A stretch of DNA of 64,000 nt from Octopus sinensis (GCF_006345805.1 NC_043000.1:113522001-113586000); one strand, 5' to 3'; shown: positions 13,150-25,876, counted from the stretch's first letter. The notes: generated by a model from the sequence alone, not told the origin. Numbers and translations are program-made.

Positions 13150-13383
13150 TATTTCTTTATTGCCCACAAGGGGCTAAACATAGAGGGGACAAACAAGAAC
13201 AGACAAGGGATTAAGTCGATTACATCGACCCCAGTGCGTAACTGGTACTTAATTTATCGACCCCCGAAAGGATGAAAGGCAAAGTCGACCTCTACGGAAT
13301 TTGAACTCACAACGTAACGGCATACCAAATACCGCTAAGCATTTCGCCCGACGTGCTAACGTTTCTGCCAGCTCACCGCCTTC
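13150..13383 (-). mobile_element. SINE family B1, full length, with a perfect 22-bp TSD
   Basis: Head GAAGGCGGTGAGCTGGCAGAAACG, core GTCGACTTTGCCTTTCATCCTTTCGGGGGTCGATAAATTAAGTACC (resembles the MetaSINE core as I recall it), tail TTTAGCCCCTTGTGGGCAATAAAGAAAT. AGGAGATAGTAAATAATATATA at 13128-13149 and 13384-13405. Confidence 0.88.
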
Positions 13384-13939
13384 AGGAGATAGTAAATAAT
13401 ATATAATCGAAACGTGCGACGAAACAAGAGACGATGTTAGTATCTGAAGATTAGATTTTTGGAAGGTCTACCGTTTTCTGCTTCCGAAGAGCAATTGCTG
13501 TTGGAGTGGAAGAGCTAAAAGGGACAACAGGAGAATCAGTCCTTCTATGAGAGAACAATACGTCTGCTCGCTGGAGTATGTAATTGCGTGGGTCGTTTTG
13601 CGTATAGCATTTGTTCTTAATGAACATTATGTTGATTGTAGCAACATGTCAGATAGGCGTGCGGTGCTTTAATACTCGGTTGCATTTGTGTTTCGGTAGA
13701 GTACTCTTATCAAGGCTAAAGAAGATATGATGCCATTATAGCATTGTGGTTCTCTGTATAAGAGAGATCGGCGGGTTCTTCAATTCCGTGGGAAAGAGTA
13801 AGCGCAAAACGGTAGTTACAAAAATAATTGATGTGTGTCTGTTGTGTCTAAGGAGAGTCATTCTCTTTTAGTGCCTTATAATTTAACACACTCACCGGTA
13901 AAATTTCCACTTATTTCTTGTGCGTGTGTACATGTATCT

Positions 13940-14142
13940 TTGTGTCTGTGTTTCTCCACCGCTTGACAACCGGCGTCGGAGTATTTACGTCTCCGTACCT
14001 TATCGGTTTGGCACAGGAGACGATAGAATGAGTACCAGGCTCTAAGAGAAACAAACTATACTGGAGTCGATTCATTGGTCTGAAAATTCTTGAAGATATT
14101 GCTCTAGCATGGCCGCAGTCTGGAACAAGTAAAAGATAAAAG
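13940..14142 (+). mobile_element. SINE family A, 3' half
   Basis: CCGCTTGACAACCGG...AGCATGGCCGCAGTC..GAACAAGTAAAAGAT. Confidence 0.75.
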
Positions 14143-14216
14143 ATATATATATATATACATACATACATACATACATACATACATACATACATAGAAACAC
14201 AGACATACACACACAT

Positions 14217-14247
<31 letters not shown>

Positions 14248-14257
14248 GTTGGAATTT

Positions 14258-14430
14258 ACAAAAAACAAAACAAAAGACGAAGACGGGTGTGTAAACAACA
14301 AACAGATGTATTAGTTTAACGTTCGGGAATTGAGAAAGTCTTTTACATTTCGAGCCTACGCTCTTTGCCAGAAAGGAACACAGAAATAAACAGGGAGAGA
14401 AAATAAAAAAAGGTTTATTAGCTAGCGATA
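14258..14430 (-). repeat. Repeat family D (minimal hammerhead-like motif)
   Basis: Homologous to 55607-55790: AAAAGACGAAGAC.GGTGT...GAGAAAGTCTT.TACATT.CGAGCCTACGCTCTT. Confidence 0.75.
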
Positions 14431-14596
14431 CCCATATATATATACATATATACATACATGGATTGTAAAAGTACTCATAATCCAACAAGAGTCAAGGGAG
14501 ATAACTAACATCACACAAACATCTTTGGTGGAGATAATCAAGTGTGTTTCACGTATCAACAGACATACGACTGAGTCTCACATATGTAATCTAGAG

Positions 14597-16166
14597 CACT
14601 GGTTCCCAAAGTGGGCCATAGAAAGATCCAGAGGGAGCGTTGAAGAAAAATGGAGCAATAATTGTGTGACCAAAACGGGGCAATGAATGTAACAAAACAA
14701 ACGGATCTTTTCATTTTGAAAGCCAGATTTTTCAGATTTTTCTAGTTAACTAAATAATTTGAAACTTCGTATACTGGTAGAATGTGTCAAAAGAAAACAA
14801 TAATTTCAACTAGTTTTTTTGACAAAAATGTATTTTATAAGTTTAAACGTAGTTTAAATCTGCGAATTTTAACCAATCGTATTGTCTGTTTTCTTTTGAA
14901 ATTATTAGCTGCATAGTGTTACTGTGACGTAGACATCTATTTTGTGAGTGGGTAAGCAGTTAGCAAACAGCCGTGGTAGATGTGGTTATCATGGCAGTGG
15001 TGGTGGTGGTGGTGGTGGTTTTGGTGGTGGCAGTGGATGATGATGATAATGATGATGATAGTAGTAGTAGCATTGATTATGTTAGGATGTCTCATGGATA
15101 GTAGTGTTGAAGACATTGCAGAGTGTAGTGGTGGTGAAATTGGTGATTTTGAATATGATGCTGGTATTGATCTTGGGGTTGTGGTTGCAGAAGAAGGTTG
15201 TGGTGGTGGCATTGGAGGTTGTAGTAATGGTTGTAGTGGTGGTTGTGAAGATGATTCTGATATTGATAGTCTTTGCATTGAGGTGGTGGCGAGTCAGAGT
15301 AAATAATAAGAGCCCAGTTAACACAAGATTCTTAAATTTCGGAGATCATAAATAGAGAGCAAGAAGTTAAAAGTTCCAATACTGGCCCAATTCCTACACC
15401 CCAGATTCTTCAACTATTTTATAAGAAAGAGGTTAATGGCAGGATAGGGATTCAGCTTAAAAATAAATTGTATAACAAAAAATACATAAATAAATTACTG
15501 CTCCAACGATGTAATTTTAGTATGTGTGTATGTATGTATGTATGTGTGTGTGTGTTGGTGTGTGTGTGTGTGTGTGTAAGCAATGCAAACAATGGAAAAT
15601 AATTTAAACACTCATTTTATATATACTAAGACTTTCAAAAAAATTTAGCTATTAGTTTCTGTTTCTGCACAAATTTTATATATACTCCACGAAGTTTGAA
15701 AGTGTTTAGTTACGATAAGCGGATGTTTACATTTTATGTTTACGTTAACTACGTCACAAAATAGCTGTTTACGTCACAGTAACAATATTTTGAGAGGCAG
15801 TAAATGATATGAAGTCGAAAGAAAGAATATCATTGGTTAAAATTCGAATTATTAAACAACGTTAAACTTAGAAATTACAATTCCGTTTTCATTTTGGTTT
15901 ACAATTATGTTTTCTTTTGACAAATTCTACCAGTATACGAAGTTTCAAATTGTTTAGTTAACTAGGAAAATCTGGCTTTCAAAATGAAAAGATCCAAACA
16001 AACAAAATAAAGGGTTCATTAAGTTAAGTTTTATTTGTAAAATACTGTTGTTTGGAATTTGCTGCAGAAAATAGTTTATGTCTGTGACGGTGAGTGGTGT
16101 GGAGGGACACTAGGAATGTGGCCTTAAAACCAAGGGGGGTAGCCTGAAAAAGTTTGGGAACCACTG
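14597..16166. mobile_element. Non-autonomous hAT (Charlie-type) element, 1570 bp
   Basis: TIRs CACTGGTTCCCAAA (14597-14610) and TTTGGGAACCACTG (16153-16166). Perfect 8-bp TSD ATCTAGAG at 14589-14596 and 16167-16174, matching the NTCTAGAN target preference of Charlie elements. Confidence 0.85.
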
Positions 16167-17381
16167 ATCTAGAGAATTGGAAATGTCTTCAATCAGCCGG
16201 GATTATTACCTGAGAGATTATCCCTCCGCTATATTGTTGATCTTCGTAGTCAATATCCTTACAATCCATCTACAGACACACACACACACACACACACACA
16301 AACATACATGCACACATATAGTTACATAATTACATATACATAAACAAACATACGTATATGTGCATATGAATATATGTGCACATGGGTGCATGAGTGTGTG
16401 CGTGTGTGTATGTGCGTGTGTATGTCTACTGACTACTCTGAGCTATTTCCTCTTAACTCATTTTTCTTTAACTGATGCAAATTTCCTCTGCCATAAACGT
16501 GTTTCATTCTCTTTGTGGAAGTCTCAATCCCTTGGTTACTGAGGATAAAGTCGGGCAATTGTCGTGCTGATGACGGATATTTAGGCAGAACGCGTGCTTA
16601 TAACTGGGCGGCTGTCTCAAGATTTATCTCTATTTTCCTTAATGGCAAATCAACTTTGGTGACGTTTTACTTGTAGCGATTACCTTCCCTTCTCATATAG
16701 AGCCACTCTCAACATTGAGTTATTTTGCTCAAGTCATCTTTAGTCAATTTATATACGTATATATATGAATGCATATGCGTGTGTATACATGTGTGTGTGC
16801 GCGCGGGTATGTGTGTGTGTGCATGCGCGTATGTGTGTGTATATTCATATATATATATATATATGTGTATGTATATATATATATGTGAGTGTATATGTAT
16901 GTATATGTATATTTGCACGCATGTATATATGTAAGTGTATGTATATATAGTGAGAGCAAGAGAGAAAGCATGTGTGTGTGTGCCAGAGGGGGGGAGAGAG
17001 AGAGAGAAGTGAGACTGAGAGAGACTAGCTATTAATCCCAAGCGTATATCATTTGGTCGTGTGTACCATGCTTTTGTTATTTGTTTTAGGTGCGTTTGTT
17101 AGTGGCGATCACGCATTGATCCCATTTCGTCTCACACACCCATTGACCCGACAGAACATTCAGGATATGACAGGTGGAAGATGATTGGCCGGCGCGAACA
17201 CTGGCTTGCTAATTATTCTCAGCCGTCTAGACCGGACCAATGCCATATGAAGCGTCTTCTTCAAGGTCACAATACATCTCTCGGTTCAGGAATCGTACCT
17301 ACAACTTACTAATCGTGAGCCGAACACCCAAAAGTGTGGGCCCGGCACCTCCAATCTCCCACTCTCTGTGTCTGTCTGTCA

Positions 17382-17438
<57 letters not shown>

Positions 17439-17538
17439 CCTCATTATACACTCCATGTAGATAGATAGACAGACAGACAGATAGGTAGGTAGCTTGATAC
17501 ACACATAGATATATACATACATAGTTAGGTAGACAGAC

Positions 17539-17590
<52 letters not shown>

Positions 17591-17822
17591 GATAGATAGA
17601 TAGATAGGAAGAAACAGAAACGAAGACAGACAGATATATTTTGCCTTGATAGAACGGAATGAACTGACATGAAATTTCCGATCGAAGCAATGCGAGAGGG
17701 GTAAAACGCAAAGCCGGGCAATAATGGCTGCCAGACACATATGTGTGATGCATAATTTGCACTGCGTGTGTGTGTGCTTGTGTTTATGATACATATTTAT
17801 TTTACATGTGTGTATGTGTGAA

Positions 17823-17853
<31 letters not shown>

Positions 17854-17975
17854 TTGTCTACGCGTGAACATGTCTCTACTTCTAATCATTACATTCCGCT
17901 CTATGAATTATCTCCCTTACCCATTTGCAATTTCGCTACGACTCTCGCTCTTTTTCTCCCCTATCTCTATGTTTC

Positions 17976-18024
<49 letters not shown>

Positions 18025-18661
18025 TTCTCTCTGTATTCCGCTCCCTCTCCCTCTCCCCCACCCCCTGCTCTATGTTGCACTAACACAAAAATACACGCAC
18101 ACACAAACTCACCCACACTGCAATTCACTCGACTGTGTCAGGCGTATGAAACTAAACTGTAATGACTTCACACATCATTGTATTCGCCTGTTTTGTCTCG
18201 AAGTTCTCCCCTCTAACCAGTGGACCGAGACAAATACTGAATAGGAACAAACGAAACAAAAAACATTACAAAAAACTAAATCAATAAGTAAACAAATTGG
18301 AACAACAAAACAACAAAAGACATAAGCACGAAAAACAAACGAAAAACAAAAAAAAAACTATTACACTGAGAAATATTCTCGAGATCCAGTGAAGCGTGCA
18401 GCTTGTTAATATGGCGGACAAGAGAGAAAACAAACTAATAGGTTTTCTGTTATTTGTAGCCATTTTTATATTTTCTTGTTTTCCATTTTTTATATTATTT
18501 AGCCCTAGGTCTCCCTCTACCAAGTAGACTTTGCGATCTCATGCTATTTTCGTCTAACACATCTCGTTATACATATATGCCTATATTTATCTATCTATTT
18601 ATCTTTCTATCTATCTGCCTACCTAACTCTTCCTCACTGTTTCTCTCTGCCTCTCTCTTTC

Positions 18662-18700
<39 letters not shown>

Positions 18701-19314
18701 TGTATGTATGTATGTATATGCGTATGCTTTTACGCACACTTATACATGTTTCTTAACGGTATATTAGCACGTGTATGTGCATGTGTATAAATATATGCAT
18801 TCATATATATATATCTATACACACATATATAATATACATACATACAGGCACACATACATACAAGCACAAATATAAAAGAGTACACGATCCAATGTGTTTT
18901 TTCTCTTTTCTTTTTTTTTTCAATTTACGATATCACTGCGTGATTCAAATAAATATGACAGCTATTTAGAGTGAGCCGAACGAACGTATAGGACCCCAGC
19001 CATTCCATGATTCTGTTTGGTTAAGTTCTTAAGCCCAATGTCTCCACCACTATCCGTTCTTCGCGGGTTTATCTAGAACTACATTATGCAATCATCTGCC
19101 CTTCCTTTTTCAAGAAAATCGATATAATGTCATTTAAAGGATAATTATTTGCTATTTCTTACGGGTCAAGCGCTTCCATAATGGTTTCTTCATTGTCTCA
19201 GAATTTCTGTCCTTCTTATTAATTTGTGATCGAGTAAACCTATGATCAAACCTGGTCCACCCATGACTACTACATCTTGTAATTCATAGCATTCTTATCA
19301 CAACTCGATCCAAA

Positions 19315-19620
19315 TGAAAGCGTATGGCTCAGTGATTAGCGGTACTGGCTATCAGCTGTAAGGTCCTGATTTCGATTCTTGGTGGCGCGTTGTGTCCTTA
19401 AACAAGACACTTCATTTCACATTGTTCCAGTACCTGTCATTCAAAAGGGCTAACTTTGTCGCATTTTGTATCTCGCTGAATCTCCTTGAAAACTACGTTA
19501 AGGGTACGTTAAGAGTATGTCTGTGGAGTACTCAGCCACTTGGACATCAATTTCATGAGCGGGTTGTACCGCTGACCGACTTGATTGGAAACCTCGTCGT
19601 CGCAACCGACGGAGTGACAG
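19315..19620 (+). mobile_element. tRNA-derived SINE family G (CORE-like body)
   Basis: A box TGGCTCAGTGATTAG, B box GATTTCGATTC, body GTGTCCTTAAACAAGACACTTCATTTCACATTGTTCCAG; homologous to 30195 and 46870. Confidence 0.65.
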
Positions 19621-20118
19621 TTAAATACCTTCCAATCTTCTTAATAAAATATGAGAGGATTACAGCTAGATTTCGGAGCTATTTTAGCAGTCACAGCGGC
19701 CACATGGAAGCTTCATGCTTGGCTCACTGTTAATAAGCTCATAAATTCATGTTTGCACGTGTGTGCGCATGTCTGTATACATGTGTGTCTGTGTACGCCT
19801 GTGAATGCATGTATTTGCATGTGTATTTGACATTTTGTGTAAACATTTGTTTGCTGACATATACGAAAGGTCTCAATGTTTGTCCTTGTAATTCGTGGAC
19901 ATCCCTTTTGTCATCGTCCTCATCTTCATCGTCGTCGTTGTCGTCATTATTGCCGCCGTCATCGTCATCGTTGCTGTCGTCAATATCATAATTAGCATCA
20001 AAAATATTTGGTTATCACCAAAGTCGTAATGGTTTTCGGCGGAGTGAGTGTGTGTGTGTGTATGTGCGCGTGTGTATGTGTATTCGGACACACACACAAT
20101 AATATATACACACAGAGA

Positions 20119-20167
<49 letters not shown>

Positions 20168-20192
20168 ATATATATATATATATATATATATG

Positions 20193-20328
20193 TAGTATAG
20201 TGGTAAGTATCCCCGCCTGTCGCGCGGGAGACCGGGGTTCGATACCCCGCCGGGGAGACGTTTGTACTTTTCGTCCAACCCACGCTAGCATGGAAAGCGG
20301 ACTTTAATCGATGGATGATGATGATGAT
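20193..20328 (+). mobile_element. tRNA-Asp(GTC)-headed retro-chimera or short SINE with a (GAT)n-ending tail
   Basis: 20193-20257 matches eukaryotic tRNA-Asp (TAGTATAGTGGTAAGTATCCCCGCCTGTC..GCGGGAGACCGGGGTTCGAT.CCCCG.CGGGGAG), anticodon GTC at 20219-20221. The 5' acceptor strand is missing. No poly-T Pol III terminator directly after the tRNA; instead a ~70-bp tail ending GATGATGATGAT. Confidence 0.78.
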
Positions 20329-20351
20329 TATATATACGAAGAGAGCTAGGG

Positions 20352-20433
<82 letters not shown>

Positions 20434-21249
20434 ACAGATAGACAGACAGCCGGACAGGTAAGTAGGTAGGTAGGTAGGTAGGTATGTAGGTAGGTAAAAA
20501 CATGAATGTAATGAGAGAAATATAGAGAAGCTGAGCAAGAAATTAGAAAATGTAAAGATATTCATGCGCAATATTAAGCTAGTCACGTATACATTCACCC
20601 ATACACGCATAAACCCCATTTATTGTCACTCCCTCTCTGTATTTCACTTCAAAATATATCCTCTTCCTACCCCTCATTCACTCACACATTCTGTGCAACG
20701 TGATTGGTGATTTGGCTGGATGAACTAACGAAAGGTGCATTTTATGAATTGCTGAAACGAGGAATCGGTGGAAGATTGAACGGACGGTTGGGTGTTGGGT
20801 TAAAATAAATCAATAGCAGAATAGGGGTGAGTAATTTGGAAAACAAAAACGATAAATAAATGAGTAAATTAATAAAATAAATAAAACTGGGAAGAAAACG
20901 CGAAATTGCCGAGAGGAAACGAGAACGAAGCGAGACTGTTCGATATGAGCCGCCATTATTGTACCATGAGTAAAAATAAAATCCATGTCAAACTAAAATT
21001 CCTAAAATATTCTAAGAGTCCACGCTGTTAAATATTTCATATTTGACGATCTTAATGTTGTTTACACACCCAAGACATAGCTAATTATTGACGATCTAGC
21101 CATGACCTCTCGGTGTGAATTGAACGAGGTGCCGCAGGTAATTACGCGCACAAAACGAGAAACACAACGATACCTTAGTTTGCATTATATATATATTATA
21201 TATAGTAGTATATATATATATATATATATATAGATATAATATATATACA

Positions 21250-21304
<55 letters not shown>

Positions 21305-21307
<3 letters not shown>

Positions 21308-21540
21308 ATATGTGACAATTAGTTGATTGTCATTATAAAACTCAGAGTTTCGGATGCCGGGGCTGGAGTTTACTCCGGCATTTCGCCCGCGGGTTTGTCT
21401 TAATAACTGATGAGATGCCGGAGCAGATTTCAGCCCCGACATCCGAAACTCTGAGTTATATTATGACAACCAACTAATTGTCACATATTATCTTTATAGA
21501 TAAATTCCTCTGTTTTACATAATATCGAGTTCTCATTCAT
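21305..21540 (+). repeat. Repeat family E with a 5' inverted partial copy (187-bp fold-back)
   Basis: 21305-21384 is the reverse complement of 21412-21491; the downstream 3' segment is shared with the 5.1-kb copy. Confidence 0.8.
21397..21467 (+). ncRNA. Candidate type I hammerhead ribozyme motif
   Basis: Stem I GTCTTAATAA/ATATTATGAC (8/10), core CTGATGA (21407-21413), stem II GATGCCGG../..CCGACATC, GAAA (21445-21448), stem III ACTC-T-GAGT, H17=U. Manual fold only. Confidence 0.45.
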
Positions 21541-21968
21541 TCATATATAGATATATACAGACATACATATATACATATATAACATGCATGCATAGATACA
21601 TACACACACATACAGACATATATGCTTACGTATATGTGTGCGAGAGTACACGGGCGTGCACACGCTCGGGTGTACAAGTAGAAGTCAATGCGTACAGTAG
21701 ATCACAGTTTATTCTTTGTCGTCTTGACGAACATATAAGGAACTCGAAGTGGATTTTGAACTCCAGAACGGAGGCATGTAAATATAGATATGTCTAAACA
21801 TCGTACATTTAAATATATATACCCGTGTGTGTGTGTGTGTGTGTGTGTTGTGTGTGTGCGCGCATGCGATATATATATATACATACCTATTTATCTTTGA
21901 ATCAATCCATGCATCTATCCTTCTGTCTGTTTACCTATCTATCTAACTCTCTATACCCCTACATGAAC

Positions 21969-22010
<42 letters not shown>

Positions 22011-22059
22011 GCATACATAAATACCTATAAACGTGTGTATGTGTGTATGTACATGTATG

Positions 22060-22099
<40 letters not shown>

Positions 22100-22137
22100 G
22101 AGTAGAGAAGAGGGCGAGAGAGGAGAGAGATAGATAG

Positions 22138-22168
<31 letters not shown>

Positions 22169-22922
22169 GATAGATAGATAGATAGGCTTAGGTGAAACAA
22201 TGGATAAAGGCAATATGGAGGTTACAAACTGCAGAGATGTAAAATTAATAAATGAGAAATAAAAACAATTAGTATGGAATGAGGTTGTCATTGTTGCACA
22301 GCGAATAGATTAATGAATGATTTATGAATTAAACAAATAGATTTATGAATATATAATTAGATAATTAAGAGTGAGAGCTGTGGAGTGAATAAGGTTTCGA
22401 CAAATTAATATACTGAGGAACGAAAATGGAAAAAGCAAGGAAAATGTGGAAGGAAAAATATTACATAAACGAATGGAAGAAAAACAAAATGTCAGGAGAG
22501 ATATGAATAAGTAAAGCTTGGAGGATAAGAGCGAATAGGAACGAGAGGGAGACAGACTGAAAACAAAAAAGAAAAAAAATAGATTTTAAAAATAAAATAA
22601 AAAAAAGAAACACGGAATGCATAAATGGAGGGTTAAGTGAAAAAAAAAAGTCGGACGTGAAAAAACGAGATTGAACGAGATTCCCAACTCTGTTTTAACC
22701 CATTTGCATAGACAGACATACGTTTCAAATACAAATATGCGCACACGCGCGTTTGTGTGCGGAATGCGTGAGTGCGCTCGTGTCTGCACGCGCGCTTCTG
22801 TTTCTGTGTGTTGTATGTATATTTATACACACACACACATATATATGTATGTATATATGTATATATTCATGTATGTATATGTATATATATATATATATTT
22901 ATACATACACACACACACACAA

Positions 22923-22967
<45 letters not shown>

Positions 22968-23679
22968 TATATAGGATATATGGGCGAATGCTTATGTATC
23001 TATACTTGTCCCCCAGCACCGATTGACAACTCGAGTTGGAGCGCTTGTGTCTTGGTGACTTAGCGTTTTGGCAAAATATACCGATAAAAAAGTAGCGGTC
23101 TATCTATCTTTCTATCTATCTATATATTTATATATATGTGTGTGTATGTGTGTGTGTCTATCTGTGTGTGTGTGTGTGTGTGTATACATATATATCCGTA
23201 TGTATATACACAAAGAGGAGGAGAGAAAGAGATTTGAATACATGCACACATATATCACCGGTTTCTTCTTTATTTCCATACATTTATATCTGTAACTATA
23301 GACCGTCAGTCTCATACACATGGATGTACATCTTATAGAATTGTGGTATGTCTTGTTAATGAACACTGCATTCTTTAAGTAACTTAATTATCGCATTAAT
23401 TAGGGGTGGGGAAGTAAATTGCAAAAAAAAAACAAGAGCTCGCTTGTATCTACGTGTGGATATGCCAGCGTGAGTTTGTGTGCGCGTGTGTGTCAGTGTG
23501 TGTGTGTGTAGGGGTAAATAGGTACACACAAGAGCAGGTTTACGCACACATATACATACACACTCATACAGTCGCATACACTTATATATGAAATTATGCA
23601 ATGCATATTGTAGTATACGCAAAAACACTAACACACACATATACAGAAGGCACTTAACACCTAATATACAAGCATTTAT

Positions 23680-23715
23680 ATAATTTCATATATATATATA
23701 CATATATATAAAATA

Positions 23716-23753
<38 letters not shown>

Positions 23754-24030
23754 TATAGATATATATCTTTATATATATACATACATATTGTATATATCTA
23801 TATACACATATATATATATATACATATATATATACATATATATATGCCATATATATATATACATATATATATGCATATATGCATATATATATACATATAT
23901 ATATGCATATATATATATATACATACCTTTATATATATATATATATATAATATAAATACATACATATATATATATGAGTGCGTGTGTGTGTGTGTATATG
24001 TATGTATGTATGTATATGTTTATATATATT
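23680..24030. repeat. (TA)n-rich low-complexity array
   Basis: Directly visible. Confidence 0.9.
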
Positions 24031-24712
24031 AGAGTGCAGCGAGGGTGCGATTGCTTGCAGAAGAATTGGTAGGAGGAGATAATGAATGATATATGACTTA
24101 AACACATGCTGTGCCTACATAAACAGTATCATTTTACAGAAAAAAAAACCGTGCGCCGCCGCCGTCTAAATCGATGCAGATGCTTACAATAGACTATTCA
24201 GCAGCTTAGAACGACAGAAAGAGAGACAAATAGAGCAGACGGAGAGAGGGGAAAAGACAGAGAGAGAGCCGGAGAAATTAGACAGATTGTCGAGTGAGTG
24301 AGAGAGAGGCATGTACAGTAATGAGGGCGATATGATGAAGATTGCATAGAGACGGAAAAGTCGCTGGGGATAAAGACTAAAGCTGGAAATGAAGCTTTCA
24401 AGGAGATGTAGTTTGGAGGGAGAAATTGATGAAGAGGTAGTTGACAGTTAATCAGATAAACTCGCAGCTAAATTTATCACACCACAGTTTCTATCAGATA
24501 TAGATAGATGGATGGATGGAAGGAAAGGGTGAATGGATGTGTTGGATGGATGGTTGGAAGGCTGCTGGCTGGTTTGTTGGCTGACTGATTGGTTGGTGAG
24601 TAATGGCGGAGTTGGGAGGGCTAGCTGTGAAATGTCGAGCAGGGCACAACGTGGGTTGTAGCGATAAATATATATATATATATATATACATTCGTATATT
24701 ACATACATTGTA

Positions 24713-24745
<33 letters not shown>

Positions 24746-24769
24746 CATCCATATATATACATACATTCG

Positions 24770-24804
<35 letters not shown>

Positions 24805-24828
24805 CACTCCATATATATACATACATTC

Positions 24829-24866
<38 letters not shown>

Positions 24867-25312
24867 ACATAGTGTTGTTATGTTTGTATATGTATATATA
24901 TATTTATATTTGTATATATATATACATATATACATTTAAACATATATATTGATAGCTAGGGTAATGGCTCTGGTATGAAATTGTTGGACATATCGTTGCT
25001 TACAATGTGCAATAGCGTGCAGTATCGACGAGGTAGCACAACCTGCAGTAAATAGCTGACTTACCCTCGTCAAATCTTGGCCTTATTCAGTCCAAGAATC
25101 TAATAAAGAAAATTGATAGTTATGTCAGTGCCGGTTATTCATTGCATTTTTCATAAACACCTATAGATTCTGTTTCGCTCTCTATATAAACGTAAGCTAA
25201 ATGTATGCCACTAAAAAGCCGATAAAAACCGAGGAAACCCAGCGTATTTGTTCTCTGTCTCTTCGACTGAGAGCTGTCTCTAGTTTATTGATTGTTATCC
25301 AAGTATATATAA

Positions 25313-25348
<36 letters not shown>

Positions 25349-25350
25349 GT

Positions 25351-25613
25351 AAGAAGAAAATGGAGGGAATCCAGAGGTATTATTCATCAGTTGTTAGATA
25401 TTATATTATGTCTATTTATTTATTTCAAACACTTCAGTATATATATGAATACCTGTGTAAATTATTAGTAGTTTCTAGAATAGAAAAAGAAGAGAAGAAA
25501 TTACTAATACTTTACACATGTATTTATATATTTTCTGAACTGTTTAAAATAATTAGACGTAATATGTCTAACAGTTGATGCATACTACCTCTGGATTCCC
25601 TCCATTTTTTCTT
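25351..25613. repeat. 263-bp fold-back palindrome (MITE-like)
   Basis: Arms 25351-25476 and 25496-25613 are reverse complements along their length, e.g. ATGGAGGGAATCCAGAGGTA/TACCTCTGGATTCCCTCCAT; loop ~19 nt. Confidence 0.8.
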
Positions 25614-25788
25614 GCCGTATAAATTAAAGGTAAAACCACGTTTTACCATCGTCCATTTATTACACTCAGTAGTGCAGTTGCCACGCAATAACCAACACTT
25701 GTGCAGTCATAATTGGGTATTCTACCAGCAGTATACTGGATAGATACTATCCTTAGTTGGTTGCATTCACAACGTCTAACTTCTCTTG

Positions 25789-25876
<88 letters not shown>

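Noticed and set aside
14980-15355. ORFs with Gly/Val/Asp-rich, protein-like composition inside the hAT element
   Set aside because: Degenerate (GGT/GAT/GTA)n low-complexity sequence; no transposase motifs.
16565-16600. CTGATGA...GAACGCGT hammerhead-like string
   Set aside because: Lacks GAAA, and stems I and II do not pair.
20193-20257. Functional tRNA-Asp gene
   Set aside because: The 5' acceptor strand is replaced by (TA)n, there are substitutions in the anticodon loop and T-loop, and a retroposon-type tail follows; treated as tRNA-derived instead.
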